NCBI RefSeq assembly: GCF_006345805.1 | Contig: NC_043010.1 | Location: 23,870,001-23,934,000 of the forward strand | DNA: 64,000 nucleotides | Direction of reading: 5' to 3' | From: Octopus sinensis | Taxonomy: Eukaryota | The notes under the pieces: generated by a model | The model's database searches: none | The model's input: only the letters and a program-made list of their open reading frames with translations | What the model was told of the DNA's origin: nothing | Shown here: piece by piece, positions 12,298 through 25,288 of the stretch | Numbering within the stretch: position 1 is the stretch's first letter | How the letters are laid out: every line of letters begins with the position of its first letter | Program-made: the position numbers and the translations under genes

Positions 12298-12783
12298 TAT
12301 ATATGTTTATGTATACATATATTATGTATGTATGTATGTATGTAGTATGTATGTATGCATGTATGTATGTATATATGTATGTATATGTGCATATATAAAA
12401 TGTTTTACTCTTTCCTTGCCATTATTATATACATTTCATTTCCATTTCTCTTTGCCTCCAAAATTTGCTAAACCTATTTGTTTTTGTTTTTTTCAAAATT
12501 TATTCAATTTTCTCTTACCTTATTTATTTCTCTTAAACTTATTTTTGCTTTCTTCTTATTATTATTACTCTTTTCTGATTTTGCAACGTTCCTTCGATTA
12601 GTTTTATTGTAATATTCTTTTTGTGTTCTTTAGTAATTCCACCTCGCCTGCCTATATCGCATGTAATCTATCGATATTGTACACACACACATACACACAT
12701 ATGTGTATGTATATATATAGACATACACATACATATCTATATATGTATATATACGTATATATGTATAAACACATACACATATA

Positions 12784-12861
<78 letters not shown>

Positions 12862-13636
12862 CATATATATACATGCATACATACGTATACATTTGTACCC
12901 ATATATGTAGGAAAGTATGTATATATGCACTCGGAATATAACATAAATTCTTATGGTCTAAGTTCTCATATATATATACGTATGAATATATATACATATA
13001 CATATACACATACATATACACATGTGTGTGTGTGTATGTGTGTATGTATGTGTGTGTGTATGTGTGTGTGTGTATAATGTACGTACGTATGTAAAGGAAT
13101 GCATAAATTATTGTTGTTTTTCTTTCACCCTGTAGTCGTAGATCAATTTATCTTCCGAATCAACAATCTGCTACCCAAGCCCCCTCACATCCCATCCATT
13201 CCCCCATTATACCTAAACACACACCAGCAAATCTCTTCTCCACTTGCTAATATATTATTTCTTCCTTTCCACATTTCCTTGTTCCTTTCCCTTTCGTCTT
13301 TATTTATTTATTACTTAATATACTTTTATTCTTTTACCAGTAACAGCATAGTTTATTTCATGCAACCCCGGCCACGTCATTTTTGTCTTCCATAATTACC
13401 CTCCGTTTTATCAGTCTATACTCCCTAAAGCTCCTTTTCTTCCCCCCCCATCCATGTTCTCAGTCTATTTTGTTTATTTCTTCATTTCATCTGTATTTCC
13501 TCTCTATTTAACTCACTCTTTTTTCATTTGTTTTGTTATATGTTATATATATATACATACATTGATACATACATGCATATATATATATTATATAGTATTA
13601 TATATTATGTAGTATAATATATTATGTATATATAGT

Positions 13637-13667
<31 letters not shown>

Positions 13668-14062
13668 GTATTATATATCATGTATATATAGTTATATTTA
13701 TATATATGCAATTATATATAATTACATATGTATATATAGTATTATATATATGTATCAATAGTTTTATATGTATATAGTTTTAAAAACATTTTGTATATAT
13801 ATATACGCACGCATATACCTGCATTATGGATCTCCATGTGTCTGTATGCCTACGTCCGTTTGTGTGTGTATAAATAAATGTATATATGATTATATTTATG
13901 TATGTATGTATGTATGTATGTATGTATGTATGTATGTGTGTGTATGAGTGATGTATTTATTGTGCATCACAATGTGAGATATCAGGCTCTTCTATTAGTT
14001 TCACCATGCATAGCGGCTCCTTTGTATATATATCCATATGTATATAAGTACATATATATATT

Positions 14063-14102
<40 letters not shown>

Positions 14103-14103
<1 letters not shown>

Positions 14104-14364
14104 CAATAATAAATCTCTGAACGAGATGTAAACAGTAACTGCTCGACCACGTAAAGTATGCTAGCCATCTCAATATGGTTAACCACTAAGGCTGGGTGTT
14201 ACTGTAGCTTTTAGCCCCAGGAGATCATCGTCTCCAGCTGGCTTTAGGCACACTTTCTGTGCCCCTATGGTATTTGCAAAGGGAGGTCATCCCTCTCTCG
14301 TAAACCTAAGCGAAACGCACGGACTGCAGTTGCTAGGTTTTGCCTGTCTTCAGCGTACGGCAGT
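14103..14364 (-). repeat. HHR-containing 352-bp repeat, copy 1 (interrupted by the Tx1 LINE)
   Basis: Near-identical direct copy at 19808-20051 and inverted copy at 20051-20260; bounded by (TA)n at 14102. Confidence 0.9.
14316..14359 (-). ncRNA. Type I hammerhead ribozyme (family 4), GAAA mutated to GCAA
   Basis: CGTACG-CTGAAGA-CAGG-CAAAA-CCTA-GCAA-CTGCAG-TC-CGTGCG; palindromic ACTGCAGT. Confidence 0.75.
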
Positions 14365-14638
14365 CACCGGTTTACGATTAATTCTTTATTACGATTATAA
14401 AATCAGTACATAGAAGAACAATACAGGACATACATACAAAAAAACAGTTAAGTGGTTCGTTTAAAAATTCCCACAATATATGGATTATTCATTATACAAA
14501 AAACAAAAAAAACTGTATTTAAATTGTCCTTTGCATTGACAAATATAACATTACATTAGATTGAAATCTTACCGATATATTTTAAACCCCGGCAAACTAT
14601 AAGGCCCGCAGCTTTCCTTTCCTCTTCTCCATCCATAG

Positions 14639-17600
14639 TTAAACTGGGTTTCTGACACCCACCTTTTTCGCCACTTCCTTCCATCTTTTTTCATACACAC
14701 CTCGTGGTAAGGTCTTCTTTTCCAGCCCCATTTTGCTCTTCAGGTGATATCTGAAGTAAGTGAGCAAGCCGGGGCCTGAGACAAAGGATCCTATTGCGAC
14801 TCCTTCCATTCTTGTACGCCACATGCATTCTTTTACTACTGCAACCGTGCAGTGAAAAGATGCCTCACCTTCCTTCGAGAGTCCAGTTGGCGGTATTATC
14901 TTAATCATAGACTCATCCGACAGCTGTATTCGTCCCAGATGCGATAACACGTGTTCTGCGTAACTTATCAAGTCTGACAACTGCCGACAGTGTACAAAAG
15001 CGTGCTGGACGGTTTCATCGTCCAACCCGCATCTTGGAAATGTCGGTGGCACTGAAATTCCCTGCCGCGATAACTTCTCGCGAACAGGTAAAGCATTCCT
15101 ATAACACTGCCAGGCCAGGGATCTTTGGAAATTATCCAAATACCCCGTTCTGAAAGTCTTTTTAAACAGGTTGGTAAGCTGGTCCTCGTCGAACCCCAGA
15201 GCCCCACCTAGGACGTCGTCGTTCTTTGCCTCTACCAGCCTGCTATAAAATACCGAGGTGGTATTTCCGCAGCCGGCCTTGCCCGCCTTGTGGAAAAGCA
15301 TGAGTGCCTGTCGGCACTCCTTTTGCCATAAAGTCAGATTCCGTCTTTTGATGCAACCGGGTTTAAAATTCACTAAGGAAGCCGGTTTCGGGAAAAATTC
15401 CCCTGCCAGCAGACTCCACACCTTATCACCCTCCAGGTGGTGCCAGAGATGCTTCAGCCTCAACGCATGTCTGCGCATCATCAACCAAGGCATTCCTAAC
15501 CCACCCTTTAACGGTTCCTGGCAGCAAACGGAGCGCCTCACAAGTGGCTTTCCTCCCTTCCACAAAAAGCGGAAAAGGATTCGCTCCAACTTGCTAAGCC
15601 ATGAATCGGGGCAAGGGCAACGGTCAGGCGGTAAGTGATTACAGATGCAATAAACATCTGTACCACCTCCGCCCTTCCTTTCAAGGACAGAAACCTTCCG
15701 GACCAGGTCCGTACTATGGCCTCCACCTTGCCCGTCACCTCACTCCAATTCCTCTCCGTTTGGGAGTCTGGCCCAAACCAAACTCCTAGCAATTTAACAG
15801 GACCATCTGTCCAGTGTCCTATGGCACTGGACGATATCGACTTGCTCCTCCAGGTGCCGAGGCGTAAGCCAATCGACTTGTCCTTGTTAACTTTTGCTCC
15901 TGCCACCGCCTCGTATCCTCTGATAGCATCTTCTACACAAGGTAGCTGAGCCTAATTGGACACGATGAGGGTGACGTCATCCGCATAAGCAGAAACCGTC
16001 CCCCCGCCTCCGATCTCATCCGAGTTACTTCCCAGCCTCTCCAACTTTCGCAGCAATGGCTCGAGAGCCAACACGTACAAAAGTGGTGATAAGGGGCACC
16101 CTTGACGAACTGAACATTCGATCGAAAACGGTTCCGTTAGGTAACCGTTTATCTGGACGATGAACTTGATGCTGCTATACATAGCGGAGATCCACCCGCG
16201 AAATTCAGGGCCCAGTCCAGCCGCTTCGAGGACCGTCGCCAGGTACTTATGGTCTACCCTATCGAACGCTTTACTTTGGTCTAAATGGACCATTACCCCG
16301 CCCTTGCCGGTTAATTTACCCACCCTATCTAAGGTGTAGCGTATAAGGTGAAGATTGTCCTGGATCGACTTGCCTGGAATTGCACATGTCTGTGCTTTCC
16401 CTACAAGTTTCTCCACGACAACCGTCAACCTTTTTGCCAACACCTTGGCCAAAATCTTTAACTCTACATTAAGTAGAGTTATGGGCCTGTAATTACTCAT
16501 GTTATCCCCCTTGTTCGGGTCTTTCTGGCATAGCGTCACCACTCCCCGGCTTACAGAACTGGGAATTCTCCCATTCTGCTGCCAGTTCGCGTAGACGCCT
16601 GCCAGTATTCCCCCGAACAAATCCGGCATACTTTGATAAAACTCGTAGGGCAGACCATCCAACCCCGGCGACTTCTCCCCGGCGCATCCGGCCAGTACCC
16701 CCTCTATCTCCGCGGGAGTGATCGCTCCTTCACAACACTCCACCTCAAGCCCCGAGAGCCGCGGTCCGCCGGCTAGGAAGTCCTTTGAGGCCCTCCCCCG
16801 CTCCAGGGAACCACCACCCCCGAACGCGCGGGCGAAATGCTGGTGAAGAAACTTTTGCATCTCTTCCTGTCCATAGATCTTGTGTCCCTGTTCGTCAGTT
16901 AAAGACTTGATTGAAGCTTTGTTGTCTCTCTGACTCTCCACTCGACGGGCCCATCCGGCAACGTTAATACCTTCTCGTTTCCCTGCGCGTAGCTTAGCTC
17001 TAACTCTGCAACCTTCGTGTTTGGAGTTAAGGTGACGGTACAATACCGTCCTTGCCGCCATCACTCCGTATGCAGAGCCAGATCCCATTGCCTCGTTTAG
17101 ATTCTTAACTAAATCGTCCTCTATCCTAGACCTATCTAACCTTAGCTGATTGCTAAATCTAATGGACTCTGAACGAATGGCTCTTTTGAGGGAGTGCCAC
17201 CATCTATTGTTAATGATGGTGCCACATAATGCCCTCTGTACTAACACCTTAATCCGGGTACGGAAGTCTTCACAATTCAAAATAGACTTGTTCAGCTTCC
17301 AGTACCCGGGTCCCTGTCTATGACACTTATCTAATTGCACCATACAAGTCACAAATTTGTGATCCGTGTAAGGCACAATGTGAAACTGTGGACAACTAAA
17401 CGTATCCTTATCTCTTTTCCTAACGAATATCCTATCTATATACGATCTGCGTGAGCCGTCGTTGTTACTCCACGTCCACTGTGGAACGCTCGGCTCATCC
17501 AGTCGATAACGGTCTACTAGATTAAAGCTCTCTAGTAGACCCTTGAGGCTAGGGTTCCCCTTCCTATTCGTTGAGCCAACACTGTCGACCCGCGCTTCGA

Positions 17601-18014
17601 GGACAGTTTTCAAGTCCCCTACTAAGACTACCGTTTTCGACGTCCCTAAAAAGTGCTCCAGATTCCGAAAAAACCCCGACAGCCTACACTCATTCGGAGC
17701 GTAGACAGCTACCAACTTGAAGGATTGTTTACTTACGTGGGTCACATCCAGAACGACCAGCCTGCCTTCTGGGTCCAGAAAGACAGTACTTACCTGCAAG
17801 TCCAAACTCTTCCTGATAAGGACTGCCACGCCCCTTCCTCCTCCTCGGCTAGGAGAAATAAATTTAGAAGAGGCGAGAACGCTTGGGCCCCGTTCATCTT
17901 GGACTCGGTTACAATAGCTACGTCCACTCCGTGTGTCGTGAGGTCGTTCAGGAGACAAATTTGTTTCCATTTCGACCCCATTCCACGCACATTCACACAA
18001 CCCAGTTTTGCCAT
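14639..18014 (-). pseudogene. Tx1 ORF2 (AP endonuclease + reverse transcriptase), frameshifted into four pieces
   Basis: GCVNVRG, VLVGDL, SYIDRIF, DHK, YRPITLLNVELKILAK, LDQSKAFDRV, VRQGCPLSP, YADD, RCGLDDETVQHAFVHC (ORFs 17790-18014, 15952-18000, 15538-15906, 14639-15589). Confidence 0.92.
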
Positions 18015-18042
18015 TGTCGGAGAGAGAGAAAAAAAAATAAAC

Positions 18043-19476
18043 TTACGGTTGGGACAGGGAGCATGACAGTTTAAATCTGCATGCTTCCCCTTCTTCCTCC
18101 CTTGTGGAAGTAGCTGCAGGGCTCTTAACCGGCGTTGCCATCGGGCTCTGGGTAGGTGTGGTTGCCGGGGTTATAGTAAGTTTACCCTCCAGTATTTCGT
18201 TAGTAACGTCTCTGATAAGGTTATTTTTTAAATGTTCTTGGAGTGTTTTTTCCTTCCACTCGTCTTCCTTTATTTTTGCAAAACGAGTGGTCGACTTAGT
18301 GTCTGCAGACTTACTGAATAATTTCAGTTTTGAAAATTTTAAATACTTGAACACTCTATCGTTTCTCTCGTCGAATGCTACAATCTTTTCATTTTTTTAA
18401 TCAATTTTTTCCAATCTTGTTTTATGGGGAGGGGCTTGGTGAACTGTGTTCCAATGACTACAGTGCCGTGGGGAATACAGGGCTGGGGAATTTGTTTTGT
18501 ATGTATCTCTGCGGTGTTTGCTGATTTTTTCTTTGTTTGGGGAGAGGAGTCCAGGGTATTTTCTTTTTTTCTTTTGTGTGTCACCTGTGTAAATTCCATT
18601 TGTTCATTTTTATCTTCCTTTTCGATTCCCTTCCTTGTCGCAGTCTTGGGGTCTTTTTCCGCCTTTTCTTTTTCTGTGTTTGAAGCACTTTGAGGAGGGG
18701 CTTCGCTGTTTTTCTTTTTTTATGCAGTTCGAGCGGACGTACCCCTTTTCACCACATTTGAAACACCTAGGTCTGCGCCCTCTCACTGACACTCTCATTG
18801 TAATTCCCTCCTCAATAAATACCCTATCGGGTAAGTTTTCTAGCACATTATTTTCTGCTTGAACGAGGAGTTCGAGCGCTTGTCCCTTCCAGTTTACCTC
18901 CTCTTTCCTTTTCATCTGCAGAATTGAGACTTTCTGCTCTACGTCGTGCAGAACCGCCGCTGCTACCCACATTATATCATACCTCTTGGAATGTCTTCCA
19001 CATATAGTTTCGCAGTTCTTTTCCCATATAGGTAGGTAGTAACATGATGTCCTCACTTTTTAAGGTCATCGATGAAATCTCTCTTGCCACATCAGCCGAG
19101 TCGAAATGTGCTTCAACGGTAGCGCTGCGGGCACCTCGACCGACGTAGCGAATTTTGCTCCACACCGGGGACAAGCACTTCTCTACTATTTCGTTCTTCA
19201 CGTCCATTATTTTTTTTCTTTGTTACTGTAAACCTTGTACACGACTGTCTTGGCCTTTATTTCCTGTAATATCGCTTGCGGCGGTACCAGTTTTATTTCG
19301 TTGCCTTCCTTTTTGACTAAATTCCGGTATTCGAACAACTGTTCTATTTTGAATTCCACTTCCGTTACGGTTCCGCCCACTGCGGCCGAAAAAGACTGTT
19401 TTCTAACCTCGATATCCTTCTGTTCGCCTTTTGCCATCACGGGAAAGTCGCTCCTCGACGCCAAGTCGAACTCCAT
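18043..19476 (-). pseudogene. Tx1 ORF1 (nucleic-acid-binding, CCHC-type knuckle), frameshifted
   Basis: Consecutive ORF pieces upstream of ORF2; CFKCGEKGYVRSNC knuckle (His replaced by Tyr). Confidence 0.8.
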
Positions 19477-19731
19477 TTCTCAAATTATGAGAACCAATTT
19501 TACAAAAAAAAAAAAAAAAATTACCCCGAAGGTAATAACAATGTTTATACACAGAATTTTCACCCCCGTAGGGCGAAAATTACTGTCACGCAACGGACAA
19601 CTGTTCAATTCACGAGCAAACACAAACAACGACGAACAAAAAACGAACTCACTCAACAAAATAGGCAGCTAACTTCTCAATACGCAGATGAAAGAGGGGT
19701 CCCTAGACGAGTCAAAACACCGGTTTACGAT

Positions 19732-20259
19732 GAAAGTGAGACTTGTTTGCAAATACTTTAGGTTTTTCAAGTAACTTCCGTCACTGATTTCGAAAAACGG
19801 TCTGCAAGCAATAATAAATCTCTGAACGAGATGTAAACAGTAACTGCTCGACAACGTAAAGTACACTAGCCATCTCAATATGGCTAACCACTAAGGGTGG
19901 GTGTTACTGTAGCTTTTAGCCTAAGGAGATCATCGTCTCCAACTGGCTTTAGGCACGCTTTCTGTGCCCTTATGGTATTTGCAAAGGGAGGTCATCCCTC
20001 TCTCGTAAACCTAAGCGACACGCACGCACTGCAGTTTCTAGGTTTTTGCCTACGCTGAAGACAGGCAAAAACCTAGTAACTGCAGTCCGTGCGTGTAGCT
20101 TAGGTTTACGAGAGAGGGATGACCTCCCTTTGCGAATACCATAAGGGCACAGAAAGTGTGCCTAAAGCCAGCTGGAGACGATGATCTCCTGGGGCTAAAA
20201 GCTACAATAACACCCAGCCTTAGTGGTTAGCCATATTGAGATGGCTAGTATACTTTACG

Positions 20260-20260
<1 letters not shown>
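19732..20260. repeat. Rest of monomer 1 (19732-19807), direct copy 2 (19808-20051) and inverted copy 3 (20051-20260) of the HHR repeat
   Basis: Fold-back junction at about 20051. Partial HHR on - at 20021-20051 (GAAA intact, triplet GUG); HHR on + at 20051-20093 (core GTAA). Confidence 0.9.
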
Positions 20261-20327
<67 letters not shown>

Positions 20328-20330
<3 letters not shown>

Positions 20331-23300
20331 TATTTAAGTAGACAAATGAATTATCTTATTACGGATAATTCGAAAGATAACCGATACCTTAGATACCTCG
20401 GGAAAATCACTAAGGATATAAACAGCTCAGACGGAATCCTAGTTCAATCTGATAAAACAAGGAATACTTACAAGCTACCTATAAACCAGTATTTAGAATT
20501 ACTCAAGAAAGAAATCCAGAAGAATTACAGAACTACAAATAAGAATACACTGAGAAGAGTCAATTTGGAGATTAAGGAAATTATGTTAAATTATGGGCTT
20601 CAAATGAAAACCCAACCGCTTAACCCAAGGCAACCCAGATTCATCGTTAAGGACCACAAACCAAATTTTCGCAACAATCCAGCATTAAGGCTCATATGCC
20701 CTTCTAGTTCCGACATCGGTTCCATCAGTAAGTATATTTTAGACAAATACATACCTAGTTTATAAGCTTAAGCTTAATCTTTGGGCGAGCTCCTCGCAAG
20801 TCGTAAATTGGTTCTCTTCTATTTCTAATAAAAACAGAACTAAGTTCATTCAGTTCGATATTGCTAATTTCTACCCCTCGATTAATCCTAGTGTACTCAA
20901 TAAGGCCCTATAGCATGCGCATAATAAGGCAGGCCTCACAAGGGAAGAAATTAATATAATTCTAGTGACCAGAAAATCCTTTATACAGTTTGAAGATAAG
21001 TTATGGGTCCGTAAGGATACTCCCAACGAGTTCGATGTGTCAATGGGAAGCTCAGATAGCGCCCAGATAGCCGATTTGGTCGGAATCTATATTCCCTATG
21101 AATTAGCCGACCAATTCCCGGACATCGCCGGCGGTCTATATCGTGACGATTGTCTGTTTTACCTACAGAATACCCCGAATAGAATGATACAGAAAACTAA
21201 AAATAGATTAGCTAGGTTCTTTAGTAGGATGGACATGAGCATAGTTTTCGATAACGAACTTACTAAGGCCAATTTCTTAGATGTTACACTAAATCTACAT
21301 AGCAATTCTTACTGCCCCTACCATAAACCTTCCACAAACCTAAAATATGTCAGTGTTTTCTCTAACCACGCAAAAACTATCACAGACAATTTAGTTAAAA
21401 ATATTTCTTTAAGATTATCAAATTTATCTGCCAACGTCGACATTTTTAAGCATAAAGCGGAATTCTATAATCCCGCCCTGTCTAAAGCCGGTTATAGGGA
21501 AAAAGTAGCATATATTGACCCGGCCCTTCCGAAACAAGTATTTGCTCATCAGGATAAGTCAACTTACAATAATATAAATAATATAAGAAATGTCGTCACA
21601 AATATAGCTAACACAAATATAGCTAACATAAATAATTTGCGGTCCAAGGGAGACCACCGTAGGCCAAAACCCATTCTTCAACCCAGAGATGCCCCCCTTA
21701 ATGTAAGAGTTTACTCTCCGAGCCAGTATAAGAACAGAAAGAACTATATCCGGTTTGTGATTCCCTTTGGAAAACAAATCAGATCTAACCTACCGTTGCA
21801 GTTTCGCCAAGCCATTGCCAAGAATTTTCCCAGAAAACTCCACTATAAATTCGCACAAAGTAAGGATAGCTTTCTCAAATACTAAAAATCTTTCACAGAT
21901 AATTGCCTCCCAAAACAATAAGCTGCTAAATAAGGCCCCGTCACCCATGAGCAGAGACACTGCCCCGTCAAATTCCAACATAACATATAGTAATAATAAT
22001 AATAATAGAAATAGCACAGATATTAGCAACCTTCATACCAGCATTGGCGTTAGTAATAGTAATAAGGATAAGAGCACTGGCCTGGTCATTAACGGAGGGG
22101 GTCTCAACAATAATAGTAGCAGCGGTTTTAGCAACAGTAGTTTTACGGACAATATCAATCACAGCATTCCCAGAAACGGAATGTGCAGGTGATATTGCCT
22201 TAAATAGTAATGAAAATAAGTTGACTAGTATCGAATCCAGCGGTAGTTTTTACAACCATCATAGTAATAAGAACGCTGTATTAGTATCGGAAACTAATCC
22301 CAATAGATTAAGGTTCTTATCAAATAACTCCAAAATTAGAAACGCCACTTACCAGTGCAAAATTTATGCTGGATCCGATGTCTACCTCTATATCGGCGCT
22401 ACCTCCTCAAAATTAGCCACAAGAATATCAAATCATTTTTCCACGTTTCGTGATAAAAGGAAACAACACGCCACGGGGCTAAGCAAATTAGTCTGGCGTT
22501 TGAAGAACGCAAATTCAACTTTTAGGCTGGAATGGTCAATATTTTCGGTGTCCTTACCGTTTAATAAGGGCAGAAAAATCTGTGCCCTCTGTAATTCCGA
22601 ACTCTTTCATATTCTGTTTGCCCGAGGCCGACTAATAAACTCGATTGTCGAGAGTTCTTTCAGATGCCTACACTGGAAAAAGCATACCTTTCTCTCATAC
22701 CAATGAAGTCTAATATAGATAACCCCTGGATTTCCTAAAAAATTGAAAGGTGATATCTCATCCCTTTTAGTATAAAAGACTTTCTCATAGTTGCTAAGAA
22801 CTACTACCAACCCCAGCAGTAACCTTGTATCTTGTCATTACTATTGTGGCCACCATCTGCCCTCTCCCTATTAAGTTGACACATTCGAACACACAGACAC
22901 AGTCTTTTCAGTTCTTGACCGTTAATTCTTGCTATCTCTTTCTCTCTGCCTTCCACACACACATTCACGCATTCAAAGACGCACACACACACACATTAAG
23001 GCAATTTTACACACTCATACATATGAGCACTCATTCATGAAATAAATCAAATATAAACACCAGTCATACAGAATACATTCCCTCACTTTAATTTTCCTAT
23101 TCCTTCCTTCTCCTACCTTAATTCAACCCTTGAACTTTTTCAACGGACAATTTCTCCTGCTTTCAACCAATCCGGCGTCACCCCCTATAAATAGACATTA
23201 TTTATCATTATCTTTATGGGCTCCTAGTGAGCGGTCGTCGAAAAACTTGTTGTGAATTTTGTTGGAGAATTAAGTTCCTGGATTTTCCTGAAGAGAAAGC

Positions 23301-23416
23301 TGCATAATGGACTCCTTATTCATTCGGAATTAGGGACTTTGCAGACTTCGAAACATATGTCGAAAATAAAATAAAGGAATTTTTTAAATCTTCGTTCAGC
23401 TCCATTCTTTCCTATA

Positions 23417-23418
<2 letters not shown>
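20328..23418 (+). mobile_element. Near full-length PLE (RT + Asn-rich linker + GIY-YIG + C-terminal CxLC...CxH) between two (TA)n tracts
   Basis: VKDHKPNFRNNPALRLICP, FIQFDIANFYPSI, FDVSMGSSDSAQIADLVG, LYRDDCL, NFLDVTLNL, ATYQCKI...YLYIGAT; several stops and frameshifts. Confidence 0.9.
23283..23366 (+). ncRNA. Type I hammerhead ribozyme with intact core and long helix II (family 2)
   Basis: TTTTC-CTGAAGA-GAAAGCTGCA...TGCAGACTTC-GAAA-CATATG-TC-GAAAA; palindromic ACATATGT; predicted cleavage after C23361. Confidence 0.85.
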
Positions 23419-23490
<72 letters not shown>

Positions 23491-24039
23491 ATATACACAC
23501 ATATATACATACATAATATGTATATACGCACACATGCATACAGACATACTAAGACATTGACACACCCACTCACAAATAGTGTCGGGATAAACGTTTCTGT
23601 CTTCTATTTCTTGTAGACAAGACAATATCTCAATTAAGCAAAACTAATCCTGATTATTGCCAAAAACAAAACCACAAAGAACAAAGAGAATCGAACCCAA
23701 GAATTTTATACACTTCCGTTTCGTTCTACATAAACGAAAATGCAATGATGCGACAATTCTAACACTAATTCGTTTCTAGTATTTCCATTCCATTTCCTTC
23801 CACCCCTTTGCCAACCCGATTTTGTAGAATTTCCTGTAAATAACTCGTCAAACTGAGAGAACAATCTGATTTGTCAAACGCCACCTGTAAAATTTATTAA
23901 AATCTTCATATTTATATATGCCACATCGAATTGAATAAGATTAGATATCTTATGTACTATTTATCCGTCCAGTTGTCGAAGATTTGCTTCTTCCCAAAGT
24001 TGGTAATCAATCTCTAACATTCTTTGGAATAGTAAGGTG

Positions 24040-24175
24040 GGGAGCTAGCAGAATCGTTAGTACACCGGACAAAATGTGTAACGGCATTTCCTCCGTCCTT
24101 ATATCCTTGAGTAAAGGACTTTCCTCTTCCGCTAAATTGCTGGTCTTGTGCCAAAATTTGAAACGAATATTCTTT
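24040..24175 (+). mobile_element. Degenerate, internally deleted SINE family A
   Basis: Head GGTGGGGAGCTAGCAGAATCGTTAG and tail GCTGGTCTTGTGCCAAAATTTGAAA. Confidence 0.55.
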
Positions 24176-24366
24176 AGATTACCATCATTTTATTTCATTA
24201 TTTTTTTTTTGTATTTGCAAAATTCTTAATGTGAAATCGTGTATTGAAACAGATCTTGTTTGTTGAGAGGGTCGTTATTTAACCAATGAGTATACGCCCT
24301 GTTTCCGTTACATTTCCGTTATTATTATTATTGCTATTATTATTTATATTATTTTTTTTATTAATA

Positions 24367-24421
<55 letters not shown>

Positions 24422-24446
24422 CATCATTATCATCATCATCATCATT

Positions 24447-24477
<31 letters not shown>

Positions 24478-24510
24478 TATTATTATTATTATTATATTAT
24501 TATTATTATT

Positions 24511-25125
24511 CAGTAGTTTTATTTTTATAGCGTGCTTTCACTTCACTACCGAGCGCAGCTCTGTGTGCCTTGGGTATGTGCTGTGATTTGTTGTGATGCT
24601 CTGATGGTTATTGTATGGAAAGTGTTCTGCGTAGGATGTGTGCAGTGCCTAGTAGTGCAATTTTCTGTATGTTTATGTGTTTGTAAGTCCTGGTGTTTTT
24701 GTTATGTATTGTCTGAATATTTTTTTATCATGCCTAATGCACCTACTATGATAGGAATTGTTTCTGTTTTCAGGTTCCACATTCTAGTTACCTCTATTTC
24801 CAGGTCTTTGTATTTTGAGAGTTTCTTCCATTTCTTTTAGAGACACGTTGTCATCTGCCGGTATTGATACATCAATTAGAAAGCATTTTTTTTCTTCATG
24901 ATCTCTGACAACTATATCTGGTCTGTTGGCCTTAATTTCTCTATCTGTGTGTATCGGCATATCCCAGAGTATGGTTGCTTTCTCGTTTTCTGTGACCTTT
25001 TCTGGTGTGTGCCTATACCATCTTTTTTCTGTTGTTATTCCATAATGTTGGCATAGCTTCCAATGTATGTAGGTTCCAACTCTGTCATGTCTGTGAATAT
25101 ATTCCTTCTTAGCCAAGACTGGGCA
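24511..25125 (-). mobile_element. 3' end of an RLE-type (R4/Dong-like) non-LTR retrotransposon in (TAA)n
   Basis: RHDRVG...ILWDMPIHTDREIKANRPDIVV...LIDVSIP (PD..D restriction-like endonuclease); (TAA)n tail. Confidence 0.85.
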
Positions 25126-25198
25126 GCTAGAGATAATATGATTTATTGTTTCTTGTCCATCTCCACATATTCTGCAGTTACTTGTAATATTTCTTTTC

Positions 25199-25256
<58 letters not shown>

Positions 25257-25288
25257 TTATTATCATTGTAGTTGTTGTTATTATTATT

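Larger units (their letters stand above)
14379..19717 (-). mobile_element. Full-length L1/Tx1-clade non-LTR retrotransposon with 14-bp TSD
   Basis: TSD CACCGGTTTACGAT at 14365-14378 and 19718-19731; ORF1 with Zn-knuckle; ORF2 with APE + RT + C-terminal CxxC..H..C; AATAAA 6 nt before the 3' end. Confidence 0.93.

Noticed and set aside
14103-20051. LTR retrotransposon (direct repeats around an RT-coding body)
   Set aside because: The body is an APE-RT LINE with its own 14-bp TSD and no integrase or protease; the repeats predate the insertion.
20328-22706. Selenocysteine (TGA) read-through as reported for some Naiad PLEs
   Set aside because: The interruptions seen are TAA/TAG and frameshifts, and the EN is C-terminal.
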